From a virus (taxonomy: Duplodnaviria > Caudoviricetes): DNA of 39,412 nucleotides. The notes under the pieces were generated by a model, which was given only the letters and a program-made list of their open reading frames with translations, made no database searches and was not told the origin of the DNA. Location of the stretch: positions 1 through 39,412 of the IMG/VR virus record IMGVR_UViG_3300007983_000009, one strand, 5' to 3'. Below are positions 9,352 through 19,601 of this stretch, one piece after another. The position numbers were made by a program, and so were the translations under genes. Numbering within the stretch: position 1 is the stretch's first letter; every line of letters starts with the position of its first letter.

Positions 9352-9662
9352 CGCTGACCTACAGGGACGGCACGAAGCTTTGCATACCTGACGACATCTT
9401 AATCGAACACATTCGATCACAGGTTGAAGCTTACGTGAACGCTGAGAGTCTGGTTGAAGACTGCGGCGTAGAATCTGTGCAGGAGAAGCTCACGCAGTCT
9501 GACGAAGACCGTGTAAAGCAGCTCGTGAGGCAGGAACTTAAAGGACGGGACAACGAGAAGATAATCTTTAAGCTCATCCAAAACGTCTTAGGGTCTCTGT
9601 TCAAAACTTTTTACGTCCGCAGATCCTTTTGGCGCGACTCTTTAAGCACTTCATCGCAATAA
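9348..9662 (+). CDS. Hypothetical protein (possible head-associated)
   Basis: ATGA-coupled to the upstream gene; helical, Glu-rich. Confidence 0.65.
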   Translation: MTLTYRDGTKLCIPDDILIEHIRSQVEAYVNAESLVEDCGVESVQEKLTQSDEDRVKQLVRQELKGRDNEKIIFKLIQNVLGSLFKTFYVRRSFWRDSLSTSSQ

Positions 9663-9665
9663 GCC

Positions 9666-10178
9666 ATGTCCGAGAACAAGTACCTTCCAAAGCACCTTAG
9701 AAACGCTCTAAAAGACAGGCAGCGTAAGATAGACAAGGATCGAGCAGACCATGAGCCTGTGGAGCCTTTGCACCGGGAGCTGTTGGATGCCGCAGACACA
9801 ATGTCTCTCAGCGAACTGTCCGCCAAGCTTGGGGTACACCGAAACAGGCTAAGCGACTGGCTTAACTTCGGTGTCCCTGCGAAGGACGCTGCCGAAGTTA
9901 AAGCCATCTTAGGAGACGTCATGGGAGACGTCATGGGAGACGGCGACCTCGAACCTGGAAACTCCGTAAAGGAAGCTGCGGACAAACTTCTACCTGAAGT
10001 TGACAAAGAGACTGCTTACGACAGACACAAGCGGGAAGCTGCCGAACGCGACAAAGAGAAGCGCAGGAAGATGGCGAGTAAAGCACCTGATTGGTACGAC
10101 AACCCGAAGGACAATCGCCACAAAGCTATACGCACGCTTGGCGAGAAAAAAGACAGAAACAGAAAGGGAAGCGTATGA
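9666..10178 (+). CDS. Hypothetical protein with HTH-like segment
   Basis: MSLSELSAKLGVHRNRLSDWL resembles a helix-turn-helix; charged tail; 12-bp repeat at 9912-9942. Confidence 0.6.
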   Translation: MSENKYLPKHLRNALKDRQRKIDKDRADHEPVEPLHRELLDAADTMSLSELSAKLGVHRNRLSDWLNFGVPAKDAAEVKAILGDVMGDVMGDGDLEPGNSVKEAADKLLPEVDKETAYDRHKREAAERDKEKRRKMASKAPDWYDNPKDNRHKAIRTLGEKKDRNRKGSV

Positions 10179-10552
10179 GCCAGTTAGATTACCAGTATGA
10201 GGCAGGCACGGCTGTGTGGTACGTTCACGGGAGTGATCGTATCGTTTACGGCGTCATAGAGTTATTCACTGGACACGCTCAGACTTACCCTGTCATCGAG
10301 GACAGCGGCTCAGCAACTGACCCTCACCGACCAGGTGACCCAGGCTCAAGCCCTGATCCCGTACATTACAGCAACGGAGGTAAGAACGTGCTCAAAACTC
10401 TCCAATACACCATCGGCTTGTACAACCTCGACGGTGAGCGCGTCGGGCATCTTGAAGGCGTACCTGAGTCCTCACTTTTCACAGACATTGACGATGCTTT
10501 AGCTGAGTACCGCCGCCGTCTCGTTGGATTCATCTCGCACTGGAGCACCTGA
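10175..10552 (+). CDS. Hypothetical protein
   Basis: ATG 10175 overlaps the upstream stop (ATGA), preferred over 10091. Confidence 0.65.
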   Translation: MSQLDYQYEAGTAVWYVHGSDRIVYGVIELFTGHAQTYPVIEDSGSATDPHRPGDPGSSPDPVHYSNGGKNVLKTLQYTIGLYNLDGERVGHLEGVPESSLFTDIDDALAEYRRRLVGFISHWST

Positions 10553-10857
10553 TGACGGACGAAGAGATAGCACGTGTTAAATCCGAAAAGCTGAATACCG
10601 CATCTGAATCCCTGTCTCAATCCGCTGACAGGCTTCTTGAAGCACCTCGCGATGACTTGACCAGCCCAAAAACGCCCTCCCACTCCATACCTCTGAGCAA
10701 GGACGCGAAAGCCTACGCCAGACGCAGTGGAATGAATGCTTTGAAAAAGCAACCGTCACAGTTTCAAAAGGTGAACGCTCAAATCACGAACCCAGGCAAG
10801 AAGGACGAGTTCAAGAACACTGACGTAGGAGAATACACTGACGGCACGAAGGCGTAG
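10552..10857 (+). CDS. Hypothetical protein (ADRLLE motif)
   Basis: TGATG coupling with upstream gene; hydrophilic. Confidence 0.65.
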   Translation: MTDEEIARVKSEKLNTASESLSQSADRLLEAPRDDLTSPKTPSHSIPLSKDAKAYARRSGMNALKKQPSQFQKVNAQITNPGKKDEFKNTDVGEYTDGTKA

Positions 10858-10867
10858 TAGTTAAGCT

Positions 10868-12148
10868 ATGCCCGACAAAGAAGCAGCTTCAGAGTTAGTA
10901 GACCTCGTAGGTGTAGGCTTTATTGAGTTAAGCACTAACCCGAGTGACCCCTCGGCTACGATAGTCGGGAAAGGCAGAGACGTTACGGTCTCGCTAGGCG
11001 CGGTAGATTGTGCGTTCAACGCGCCTAAAACAACCTCATTCATGCTCCGCACTAAAGACGTGCGCGTAGCCGACGATGTCATAATACCTCTAGCTGTCAG
11101 CACTGTTCCTGTGTACTTTAGGATCGGAGTCGAAGACTTTGATGGGTTCATGTACTGGTGGGAATGGGAGGAACACTACATAACAGGGTATAAGTTGCAC
11201 CCGCCTAGAAAGAACGAAGTCGTGGAACTTACGGTGTTCACTAATGACTTCCTCACGTTGTGGCAAGGGGCGAACCGTTTAATAAGCAGAAGTGGATCGA
11301 CTAGCTCCATTGCGGGAGAAATCGCTAAGTATTACGGCATGGAAAAGCGCTCTTTTATAGAGGAATCGTCGGTCAGTGGCGAGTGGCTCCAGTCAGGTCA
11401 AAGTGACCTAGACTTTCTCCTTAAACGGATGATGCCAAGGTCTATGAACAAAGACGGAATAGGCGGGTATGTCTTATACGCTAAGCAAGATAACTTTTTC
11501 TTCTGCACGCCTTCATACACGTCTGCGCAGGGTCAGTACCTTTCTAACTTGTGGGTAATACCTTACTCCGCAAAAACCAAAGGCGGGAGTCCCACGCACA
11601 ATACTATAGTACAAGAGTACAAGTACCCTAGGGCTTACAACGCGGGAGGTAACGGATACTCTCTGTCGGTATGCGATCCCTACAACCCCCCTACTTTTCC
11701 GTCTGCGTCAGAGTACAGGGATAATGCTGTGCGCCTAGGCGAATACACGCCTGAACGCTTACAAGGCGAAGGAAAAACGCCTAAGCCCTACCATATCGGT
11801 GTAAACGGGGAGAAAGAGGCGCAAGCGATCGCTCAACACGTGTACGCTGATTCCGCTAGGTTCACGTTTGACCTCGCCATAAGGATCGTGAACAACATAC
11901 AGCCTAAGCTCGGTGACTACGTTTATTTCGCCTCTGACGGTCCCTCTAACGGTCTGTACCTTGTAAACTTTCTGCGCGTAAGCTACGAGGACGGCTCTTT
12001 GACGTCGTTTCTCGGTCTGAGCCGAGGCCATGCCGAAATCAGCGATGACGGGGCTGCTTACGCAGACTTAACTAAAGCAGGATATAACCTCCTTTCAAGG
12101 CTGCCTGAAGGGACAGAGTCACTAACAGAAACTGCACGAAGCGTATGA
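10868..12148 (+). CDS. Baseplate hub protein (gp27/late control D-like)
   Basis: IA..YG..., WLQSGQSDLDFLLKR, and C-terminal LGDYVYF..NGLYLV..L.VSY pattern of hub proteins; TAGTTA-N4-ATG upstream. Confidence 0.65.
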   Translation: MPDKEAASELVDLVGVGFIELSTNPSDPSATIVGKGRDVTVSLGAVDCAFNAPKTTSFMLRTKDVRVADDVIIPLAVSTVPVYFRIGVEDFDGFMYWWEWEEHYITGYKLHPPRKNEVVELTVFTNDFLTLWQGANRLISRSGSTSSIAGEIAKYYGMEKRSFIEESSVSGEWLQSGQSDLDFLLKRMMPRSMNKDGIGGYVLYAKQDNFFFCTPSYTSAQGQYLSNLWVIPYSAKTKGGSPTHNTIVQEYKYPRAYNAGGNGYSLSVCDPYNPPTFPSASEYRDNAVRLGEYTPERLQGEGKTPKPYHIGVNGEKEAQAIAQHVYADSARFTFDLAIRIVNNIQPKLGDYVYFASDGPSNGLYLVNFLRVSYEDGSLTSFLGLSRGHAEISDDGAAYADLTKAGYNLLSRLPEGTESLTETARSV

Positions 12149-12744
12149 ACTATCACGAACGAAAAGACTTTCTTTACGACCCTGAAATCTTCAAGCGCGA
12201 GGACGTCCAAACTGCGCTTACGATATACCGAGAGTACGTCGTTAAGCACAGCCCCAACCCTACGCCTAGATTCTTCGAGGTGGACAGGTCACAGGCAAGT
12301 ATTGATCCTCTGTGGCACAGTCCCGTCACCAAGAAGGGCAAGCAACAGTTCACGAGCAGGTCTCCCATGGACATACCTGTTACCTGGAAGCAGGAGAAAC
12401 CTCGGTGGCAGATGACGCCTTTAGGGATGACGCCTACCCGCCGCGACACGTTCCTGATGTCTAACCTTTACCTCAGAGATATAGATTACTTCCCGACGCG
12501 CGGAGATATGGTGTACTGGCAGGGATACCGTATGAAGATAATTGACGCAGTACCTCCGCCAGAAGCTTACTGGCACCAGACTGGAGTATGGCTTGGTATA
12601 GGTATAGAGTGCATCGTCGCACCAGAAGGAGATGCGCGACCTATCGGTGACCAGAGTCAAGGGGTACCTGCCGAGTTCTCTGAGCGACTGCCAGAACCTA
12701 AGTTAGAGCCTGTACCTGAGGCACGCCGCCCTAACAATGGATAG
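12145..12744 (+). CDS. Neck/head-closure protein (gp14-like)
   Basis: DPLW.., G.TP.R...F....L...DYFPTRGDMVYW..YRMKI pattern; position upstream of tail terminator and sheath. Confidence 0.55.
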   Translation: MNYHERKDFLYDPEIFKREDVQTALTIYREYVVKHSPNPTPRFFEVDRSQASIDPLWHSPVTKKGKQQFTSRSPMDIPVTWKQEKPRWQMTPLGMTPTRRDTFLMSNLYLRDIDYFPTRGDMVYWQGYRMKIIDAVPPPEAYWHQTGVWLGIGIECIVAPEGDARPIGDQSQGVPAEFSERLPEPKLEPVPEARRPNNG

Positions 12745-13072
12745 CCTCTATCAAAGTTTCGTTGAAGACGCCCTCACGCGCACTTTCACCTTAAACGAAA
12801 GGCAGAGAGATGTTGCCGTAGGTCTCATAAGATCCCATATAGAGAAGTCGGCGAGTTTCGAGGACATACAAACGCAGAGAAGGTGGGAGGTGTTCCTGCC
12901 TGACCTTCAAGCGATGCTCCGAGGTACTGCTGTGACGCTCAAAGACGGATCGTTTAGTGTGGAGGTAACGGGTACAGGGTACAACGCGTATGTCCTGCTT
13001 AAAAGGGGTTCTATGTGGTTTGCGCCTTTAGAAGACTTGGACTCTATTTTGATTACTGCACGTAGTAGTTAA
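12737..13072 (+). CDS. Hypothetical protein
   Basis: 111-aa ORF overlapping upstream stop in the structural cluster. Confidence 0.6.
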   Translation: MDSLYQSFVEDALTRTFTLNERQRDVAVGLIRSHIEKSASFEDIQTQRRWEVFLPDLQAMLRGTAVTLKDGSFSVEVTGTGYNAYVLLKRGSMWFAPLEDLDSILITARSS

Positions 13073-13075
13073 GCT

Positions 13076-13348
13076 GTGAAAAAGAAAACCACAATACAAG
13101 ACGTCGTTGAAAGCGTAAACCTGAAGAACCACGGCAGCGTTGTAACTGCGGCTAACAAGCTCCTTGAGGGCACTCCCGTCAGTCGTGGTCAGAAGGTTGC
13201 CGTTATCGAAGGTCCTGCCGAGGCGCACCCCGCAGATGGTCAGCAAGGAAAAGTTACCAACATGCTCAATAATGGCTACGCAGAAGTCACACTTGAGAAC
13301 GGTGCAAAGTACACGCTGTCCGTAAGCTTACTGGTGCCTCTCAGCTAA
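13076..13348 (+). CDS. Small protein with KOW/SH3-like C-terminal domain
   Basis: GQKVAVIEGP....GQQGKV....NGYAEVTL matches the KOW pattern; TAGTTA-N4-GTG upstream. Confidence 0.55.
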   Translation: MKKKTTIQDVVESVNLKNHGSVVTAANKLLEGTPVSRGQKVAVIEGPAEAHPADGQQGKVTNMLNNGYAEVTLENGAKYTLSVSLLVPLS

Positions 13349-13351
13349 AGT

Positions 13352-14290
13352 ATGCCTGAGAAGACGTCATCCCCTGACCTGCTGTTAAGCCGCAGGCTGC
13401 TTCCTAGGACGCAGAAACATGGTATAGACACGAGTATCACGGGGATGCGGATACATGAGCTCGCTATCCAGCGCTGGCTTCATCGTTCTTTCATCCTTGC
13501 TGAGGGCTACCCTATACCCGTTGTTTTTGCGTCCCCTGTCGACGCGTACTCGGAGATTAGTAACCAGTGGAAACTGGACAACAACCCGTACAAGTACCTG
13601 CTTGACTTGAAAGACGAAAACGGGACGCCCCTTTACGAGCCTTACCCCGCCAACATACGGTATCCTATTATATCCGTAACGCGTAGAGGGTGGGTGCCTC
13701 GCATATCGGCAAGCTGGGGTATCCACTCGTGGAGAAAAGCGTATTACCCGAGCATAGCCTCGGACAGCCCCGCATTGGAAGGTTCTGGGACGCTTACACG
13801 AGATGACCTTTCAGCCACCGCAAAAGTACGCATGCCTACGGGATGGGATTACAAGTACGAAATAAACCACTACTGCAACTATCCAGAGACTCAGGCGTGG
13901 TTTGTTAACTCCGTAATGCGTGCGCTGTCATACGCTGCAGGTACAATGCAAACGTGGATACCTGTGTTTGACCCTACCTTTTCGGGCGTAGAGAGTAGAA
14001 GCCTAAGGCTGTACCTCGAAGGCAGCATAGACACGCCGACTGAATGGAGCCCTGAAGGTGACCAGATGACGTTCAGGACAGCTTTCACAGTGGTATTAGA
14101 AGGGTACTCGACGGATCCTGACGTAGAGGTACACCCTGCGCTTTGGAAAATCACGACAGGTACTAGCGCACTGCCTCCAGAAGACTTGGGTAAGCTGGAT
14201 GACCCGCGAAAAATAATCGAAGAAGAAGATTTAAGAGAGTTTGATGCAAACCAAGTATTTAATGCAGCAGACGACTTACCTAAAACTTAA
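13352..14290 (+). CDS. Tail terminator / sheath stabilizer (T4 gp15-like)
   Basis: IPVVFASP, YPIISVTR, P..WDYKYEI, FRTAFTVVLEGY pattern; immediately upstream of sheath. Confidence 0.65.
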   Translation: MPEKTSSPDLLLSRRLLPRTQKHGIDTSITGMRIHELAIQRWLHRSFILAEGYPIPVVFASPVDAYSEISNQWKLDNNPYKYLLDLKDENGTPLYEPYPANIRYPIISVTRRGWVPRISASWGIHSWRKAYYPSIASDSPALEGSGTLTRDDLSATAKVRMPTGWDYKYEINHYCNYPETQAWFVNSVMRALSYAAGTMQTWIPVFDPTFSGVESRSLRLYLEGSIDTPTEWSPEGDQMTFRTAFTVVLEGYSTDPDVEVHPALWKITTGTSALPPEDLGKLDDPRKIIEEEDLREFDANQVFNAADDLPKT

Positions 14291-14304
14291 CAAGACCAAG
14301 AGCC

Positions 14305-16539
14305 ATGTCCATCACACGCCAATTCCCTGGAGTATATGTGAACGTCACTGACGACTCATTTATCCCTGAAATACAAAGCCGCTTCCGCTGTGGTATCGTT
14401 GGTATCGCCGAGCGCGGAAACTTCGACGTAGCGATACCAACGCGCTCCTTTAAGGATTACGCGCGTCAACTTGGCGGCCCCGTTTCAGTGTCACCGCTCA
14501 GCAATACGCCACCTTTCGCGCCGACGCCATCTACGCTCGATGACCACACTTCATACATGGCTCAAGCCGCCGCCCTTATCTCGCAGTTCAGCGATGGTCT
14601 GATCTGCGTCCGCGTAGGTCGCAGGTACACCGAAGCCGTTCCAGGTGGAGCTTCAGGTGCAGAAGGTGCGAGCGTCATACGCACCCAGAACGCAAACCTG
14701 CTCGCGGAAAACGACTACGTTCGCATCGTAGAGGCTGGAAAGGCTTCTACCGTAAACGCTCGCGTCGAAAGTATTGACCTCAATACCAACGAAGTGACCC
14801 TCGTGTCCTCAGGGGAAGAAGCTCAGACGCTTGAAGATGACTACACAAGCGCCAAAGTCGACACCTGCCCCGTCCGCAACGCCGCCAATGAAGCTGAGAC
14901 GTTTCTTGACTGCTACGAGTACGAGGACGATCCCGTCGAAGCCAGCCCAAGCGTACCTCTTCAAATCGTAGGTGACCGTAACGGGTACGCCTGCACAGTG
15001 GTCAACGCACCTACGTCCTATACAGATTTCGCCAACATCCTCCCTATCGGGAGTCTCATCAAGATCACACAAAGTGGTCGCCACGACACGCAGGAGGTCA
15101 AAGTCCGTACTCTCGTTCCCGCATCTGCAGGGACTCCTGGTCAAATCTACTTTGAGACATCGACCGACGCAGAATCAGGCTACCAACCTCTGCCTCTGCA
15201 GGACAGCTACACCGCAGGTCAAATCTACAAGGTAGAAGTACTGTCAGGCGTGTACTCGCGTCGCCGCTGTATGCAGATACTCGCTAATTCCCCTGGCACG
15301 TGGGCTAATTCAGTCAGCGTCGACGACGTTGTACGCGTGTCAGCCAGCAGCAAAGGTCTGAACGTCCGTATCGCCCCTGGCTCGTCAGCCAACACCAAGC
15401 GTATTCTCGTCTATCTTGACGGCTCACTACAAGAAACGCTCGACAATGTCGTGTTCGATGACTCGACCGATCCCAACTACGTGACTACGCGTGTGAACGG
15501 TAACAGCACTCTCATTGACGACGTCATGGTTCTTCGCGACGAGGCACCTGCTAACACGCTCGCAGGCTGGAACTCTGGTCCAAACAACCTCAACGACGCG
15601 AAGTTCTCGAAAGGGTTCAACGGTGAGGCAGCGACTATCCAAGACTTCATCGGATCGCTTAACCCTAACACTGACCAGCTTACAGGCGTCAAGGTGTTTG
15701 AGGACAAGAACGCCGTACAAGTGAACGTAATCGCCGCTCCCGGTCGCTCTGACATCTACATGGCACAGGAGATGGCTCGCATCGCCCGAAAAGTCAACGC
15801 AGTCGCCGTGCTGGACGTTCCCCGAGGTCTCAACCTGCGCGAAGCGGTTGACTGGCATAACGGAGACGGTCTCTACTCAGGAAACGGACGTATCGACAAC
15901 CCGTACGTCGCGCTTTACTGGAACTGGTTCCGCATGGCGGACGCCTTTACTGGTCAGTCAGTTTGGACGCCTCCTTCGCTCGGAGCGCTCCGCGCCCTCG
16001 CCTACACCTTCCAGAACGCAAAGCCGTGGTTCGCTGCGGCGGGTGACGCTCGTGGTCAGCTTCCAGAAGCCACAGCGGTCGAGTTCGACCGCGTACAGGA
16101 TGAAAACCTAGACGCTGCCTATGGTAACGGCAACTCGATCAACCCGATCCTCCTGTACCGTGGTCGTATCCAAGTTTACGGTGAACGTACCCTGCAACGC
16201 GCAGAATCCAAGCTCACCGCCCTCCACAACGTTATCCTCGTGAACTACGTCGTGAACGGCCTGAGCATCATCGGACGTCAGTTCGTCTTCGAGCCAAATG
16301 ACAACACCCTCCTTGACCAAGTCAAGGAAGCCTACAGCGGCTTCTTGGAGGGTATCCGCAACGAGCGCGGCATTGAAGGCTATGATCTGACAATCGACTC
16401 TACCAACAACAACGCGGACACACGTAACCGCCGTGAGGTTGTCGTGGACCTGTCTATCATACCGACAGACGCCGCTGAGCGCATCCTTGTGAACGCTACC
16501 GTTCGCGAGTCTGGTGCTGTCCTCAACCAAGCATCTTAA
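14305..16539 (+). CDS. Tail sheath protein
   Basis: N-terminal FPGVYV..D.S, PPS, PWFAAAG..RG, INPI, YGERTLQ, FVFEPND: canonical contractile sheath motifs. Confidence 0.97.
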   Translation: MSITRQFPGVYVNVTDDSFIPEIQSRFRCGIVGIAERGNFDVAIPTRSFKDYARQLGGPVSVSPLSNTPPFAPTPSTLDDHTSYMAQAAALISQFSDGLICVRVGRRYTEAVPGGASGAEGASVIRTQNANLLAENDYVRIVEAGKASTVNARVESIDLNTNEVTLVSSGEEAQTLEDDYTSAKVDTCPVRNAANEAETFLDCYEYEDDPVEASPSVPLQIVGDRNGYACTVVNAPTSYTDFANILPIGSLIKITQSGRHDTQEVKVRTLVPASAGTPGQIYFETSTDAESGYQPLPLQDSYTAGQIYKVEVLSGVYSRRRCMQILANSPGTWANSVSVDDVVRVSASSKGLNVRIAPGSSANTKRILVYLDGSLQETLDNVVFDDSTDPNYVTTRVNGNSTLIDDVMVLRDEAPANTLAGWNSGPNNLNDAKFSKGFNGEAATIQDFIGSLNPNTDQLTGVKVFEDKNAVQVNVIAAPGRSDIYMAQEMARIARKVNAVAVLDVPRGLNLREAVDWHNGDGLYSGNGRIDNPYVALYWNWFRMADAFTGQSVWTPPSLGALRALAYTFQNAKPWFAAAGDARGQLPEATAVEFDRVQDENLDAAYGNGNSINPILLYRGRIQVYGERTLQRAESKLTALHNVILVNYVVNGLSIIGRQFVFEPNDNTLLDQVKEAYSGFLEGIRNERGIEGYDLTIDSTNNNADTRNRREVVVDLSIIPTDAAERILVNATVRESGAVLNQAS

Positions 16540-16557
16540 CCGAAGAAGGAGTCTATT

Positions 16558-17214
16558 ATGCCTATCAAGTATAAAAACGTATGGGGTTCGGCGGGATCGA
16601 ACCTTGAACAACAACGTTCTGACCTTTTCAAAGTCAGCATCAATCTGCCAGGTGCAGGAGGTAACGGTGTAGCCGCGTGGGAGCAACAAGTACAGTTCGC
16701 TATCACGAAGTTTCCGTTCCCTAACCGTACCCGTGAAACCATCCCTGTGAAGTACCTCCAGCAGGTCAACTACCAGCTCGGCGGAGACACGCCGCAGGAT
16801 CCAATCACCATCACTGCCCGCTACGGCTTTACGCAATCTACGGCTGAGGCGCTTGAGCGTTGGCACTGGCAGATTGCCCACCCAGGCTCAGGCGGGGTGT
16901 CCCTTACGTCGTCCATCAAGACTTTCGGGTACTTCTACTGGCTCGTGCCGAACCAAAAGCTGCTGACCAACGAAGTAAACCGCATCAATGACGCGCAGCC
17001 AGCTGACGTTATGCAACCTGGTGCGACGTACGTCCTTGAAGGGGTGCTTCTTACAGGGCTCAAGCCGACAGACGCGGACATGGAGCAAGGCAACCAGCTC
17101 GTGTACTACGAGATGACCATATCCATTGACCGCTACTATCCGATCCACCCGTCCGACCTCAAGGTACCATCGAACGAGAGCGTCGTTGGCAACGAAGGTC
17201 TGGTTTCCCGCTAG
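16558..17214 (+). CDS. Tail tube protein
   Basis: Directly follows sheath with AAGGAG ribosome site; gp19-like pattern (FP..T.E.I.V.Y, LE.W, EMTISID). Confidence 0.85.
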   Translation: MPIKYKNVWGSAGSNLEQQRSDLFKVSINLPGAGGNGVAAWEQQVQFAITKFPFPNRTRETIPVKYLQQVNYQLGGDTPQDPITITARYGFTQSTAEALERWHWQIAHPGSGGVSLTSSIKTFGYFYWLVPNQKLLTNEVNRINDAQPADVMQPGATYVLEGVLLTGLKPTDADMEQGNQLVYYEMTISIDRYYPIHPSDLKVPSNESVVGNEGLVSR

Positions 17215-17238
17215 GTTTAACCTGCTTCTCTTCTTCTC

Positions 17239-17271
17239 AGAGACCCGATGACAATAGTCGTCGGGTTTTCT
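17239..17271 (+). terminator. Intrinsic terminator-like hairpin after tail tube
   Basis: GACCCGATGAC-AATA-GTCGTCGGGTT followed by TTCTGTT. Confidence 0.7.
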
Positions 17272-17307
17272 GTTCTACACTTTAGAAACAACCAACAAAG
17301 GTACATC

Positions 17308-18090
17308 ATGCCGATTAAAACAAATCTGAAAGACCTCACTCCTTCACGCGAACGCTTGAAGGTTACCATGCCGCTGCTATCCCACGGGTACACAGCTCCT
17401 AAGTCTTTCCCCAAAGGGGAAATCACAGTTTACCCGTGGGATAACTTCGTGGACGACAAACTGATGGAACTCGTCTCCGTGGAAGAAAACGAACACCGCG
17501 TCATGTTCGACATTCTGCCGTACGTCTGCAACTTGAACGGGTGTCCTATTGAGGACTTTGTTGTCGGCGACGTGAACACCGTGCTGATGGTGTCACGCTC
17601 AATACCGAAGGCAAACAGGCTCACGCTGCACCTTACGTCCCCCTTCAATAAGTCACACCACTGGACAGAGGAGGTCGTCATTCCCGATATGCTGGAGAAG
17701 GTGGGTGAGAAGACCCAAGGGTACAAGGGGTACGATGTCATCGAACTTCCCGTGTGCAAGGACGTCGTAGCCATCCGACCTCTGCTCGTGCGCGATGAAC
17801 TCAATCTCCACAAGCGAGACAAGTCCATTACTGAGCGTGCTGCCCGCATCGTATCAGGCGTTGTGACAATCAACGACACGCAGGCTGAAACTCTGAACGA
17901 GTACGCTGAGTGGTACTACGCACTTGAGCCTAAAGACCAGGACTTCTTGGAAGAGCAGCAAGAGTTGCACACGCCTCACTTGAGCCAGAAGCTGGAAATT
18001 GAGTGTCCCTCAACCAAGAAAACGTTCACCTACAGCCTTAGATTGGACCGAGACTTTTTTCGTTCGGACGACGCTGCAGACGATAGATAG
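17308..18090 (+). CDS. Baseplate hub assembly/tail chaperone protein (T4 gp26-like)
   Basis: LLSHGY, GEITVYPW, GD...VLM.SR, IRPL.V.DE, IECP, ends DFF; follows tube. ATG 17308 preferred because 17248 lies inside the terminator. Confidence 0.7.
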   Translation: MPIKTNLKDLTPSRERLKVTMPLLSHGYTAPKSFPKGEITVYPWDNFVDDKLMELVSVEENEHRVMFDILPYVCNLNGCPIEDFVVGDVNTVLMVSRSIPKANRLTLHLTSPFNKSHHWTEEVVIPDMLEKVGEKTQGYKGYDVIELPVCKDVVAIRPLLVRDELNLHKRDKSITERAARIVSGVVTINDTQAETLNEYAEWYYALEPKDQDFLEEQQELHTPHLSQKLEIECPSTKKTFTYSLRLDRDFFRSDDAADDR

Positions 18091-18223
18091 TCGGTGGCGT
18101 ACGATCTACGACTTTGCAAAACAAGGCGTAGGTTTCACAGTAGACCTCACTCAGCTTCCTGATTGGGTTCTTAACCTATTCATAAAATGGCACAACGAAG
18201 AAGCTCAGAAGGGCGGACCGTAG
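18059..18223 (+). CDS. Chaperone extension in +1 frame (gp51-like), probably made by frameshift
   Basis: No good start codon; begins at T6C run 18055-18061; DLTQLPDW.L.LFI.W..E pattern like short T4-type chaperone partners. Confidence 0.55.
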   Translation, partial: FVRTTLQTIDSRWRTIYDFAKQGVGFTVDLTQLPDWVLNLFIKWHNEEAQKGGP

Positions 18224-19092
18224 ATCTTATAGTGGACGCAAACAGCGTGTATGCTAAAGGGTTTTACGCCGCTTACAATCAACGTGAGGTGTACGAAAAC
18301 AGTGACGGCGAGCACGTGGAAGGCGTCGTTATGGCTATGAAGATAGTCCTTAGTCTGCTGAACCCTATGTCAGGTCGCCTACCGACCACCCCAGACCGCC
18401 TTCTATTCTGTTGGGATGGCGAACGAAAGAACGAGAAAGTTCGTAAAGACAAGCCTGAGGGTTACCACAAGCAGATGGAGATATTCAAGGACGTCTCTGA
18501 GCAGTTCCTAGGGGCTGCTCACTGCGTTGCAGAAGGTACTGAGGGTGATGACGGCGTTATCACAGCCGCTTACCGCTCAGAGAGCGCAGGAAACGTCGTT
18601 TACATAGCCTCAGGGGACAAGGACTTGCTGCAGGCTGTTAGCGAGAACGTGAGGTACTACTCTATAAACAAGAAACGCACCGTAAACGTGAAGACCGTGT
18701 GTGAGGAGTGGAAAGTCCACCGACCTATTCACGTTGCCTTAGCTCTTGCGTGCATAGGAGACAAGTCTGACAACATTAAAGGCGTACCTCGGGTAGGCGC
18801 GGTCGGCTTTGCAAAGCTGTACAAGGACGCAGTCACTCCTGACATGAACCTCGAAGAAGCAGCCGAAGCGATAGCGTCGGTTTTAGGGAAGGGAAAGGAA
18901 GACCCTTTCTGGGAGTCGTTGGATCAGACTCTGTTAGACTCTGACGTACCAGGTATCGTAGACCCTAACCCCCTGCACCTCGCTGACTCATCACTGGTGT
19001 TAGACCTAGGGTATGATGCCTTGCACAGAGACTACCTAGCAATCTACTGCAATCTGAACGGTCTCGATCCGGACGATATGTACGACCTTTAG
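18187..19092 (+). CDS. 5'-3' exonuclease / T4 RNase H-like flap nuclease
   Basis: LIVDANS, FCWDG, EGDD, SGDKDLLQ, GDKSDNIKGVPRVG motifs. Confidence 0.93.
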   Translation: MAQRRSSEGRTVDLIVDANSVYAKGFYAAYNQREVYENSDGEHVEGVVMAMKIVLSLLNPMSGRLPTTPDRLLFCWDGERKNEKVRKDKPEGYHKQMEIFKDVSEQFLGAAHCVAEGTEGDDGVITAAYRSESAGNVVYIASGDKDLLQAVSENVRYYSINKKRTVNVKTVCEEWKVHRPIHVALALACIGDKSDNIKGVPRVGAVGFAKLYKDAVTPDMNLEEAAEAIASVLGKGKEDPFWESLDQTLLDSDVPGIVDPNPLHLADSSLVLDLGYDALHRDYLAIYCNLNGLDPDDMYDL

Positions 19093-19601
19093 AAGGCTAT
19101 AGAGATCCACCCTTTGTCTAGTGCGTATATGAGCGCACTCACCACGGAAACGCCGCCAATCAAAGTGTACCTCCAGCGAACAACCCAATCGACCACTTTC
19201 CGCGTCTTATCGCTTGTGCTTTCAAGCTGACACACTCGGTTCTTCAAGTCAGCGGTGTCGTCTGCTATGCTTGATGTAGCACTCAGGATTCTGGTAAACT
19301 TGTCGGACAGGTCATTGTTCAAGTCAGTGAAGCCTTCTGCTATAGAAGTCCTAATTTCTTCGAGTTCTTCGTCTTGAACCTTGTCTTGAGCCTCGACCGC
19401 CGTAACCCTTCCGTTCGTTCTGGTGGTTTGTTTTTCAACCTCTTGAAGGGTTGACCACGCGTCTTCGAGGCGATCTTTAACGTCAAGTACGTAGCCACGC
19501 AGCTCGTCAAGAACAGCGGCTTGCTGTCCGTTGATATTCTGTTGCTGTAAAGCTTGGTCTTCAAGTCTCTCAGTACGCCTTAAGTAGTGTTCGTCAGTCA
19601 T
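19089..19601 (-). CDS. Coiled-coil protein with C-terminal transmembrane helix
   Basis: Heptad-rich, QTTRTNGRV motif, hydrophobic C-terminus YTLIGGVSVVSALIYAL; holin/XhlA-like architecture is a guess. Confidence 0.65.
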   Translation of the reverse strand: MTDEHYLRRTERLEDQALQQQNINGQQAAVLDELRGYVLDVKDRLEDAWSTLQEVEKQTTRTNGRVTAVEAQDKVQDEELEEIRTSIAEGFTDLNNDLSDKFTRILSATSSIADDTADLKNRVCQLESTSDKTRKVVDWVVRWRYTLIGGVSVVSALIYALDKGWISIAF

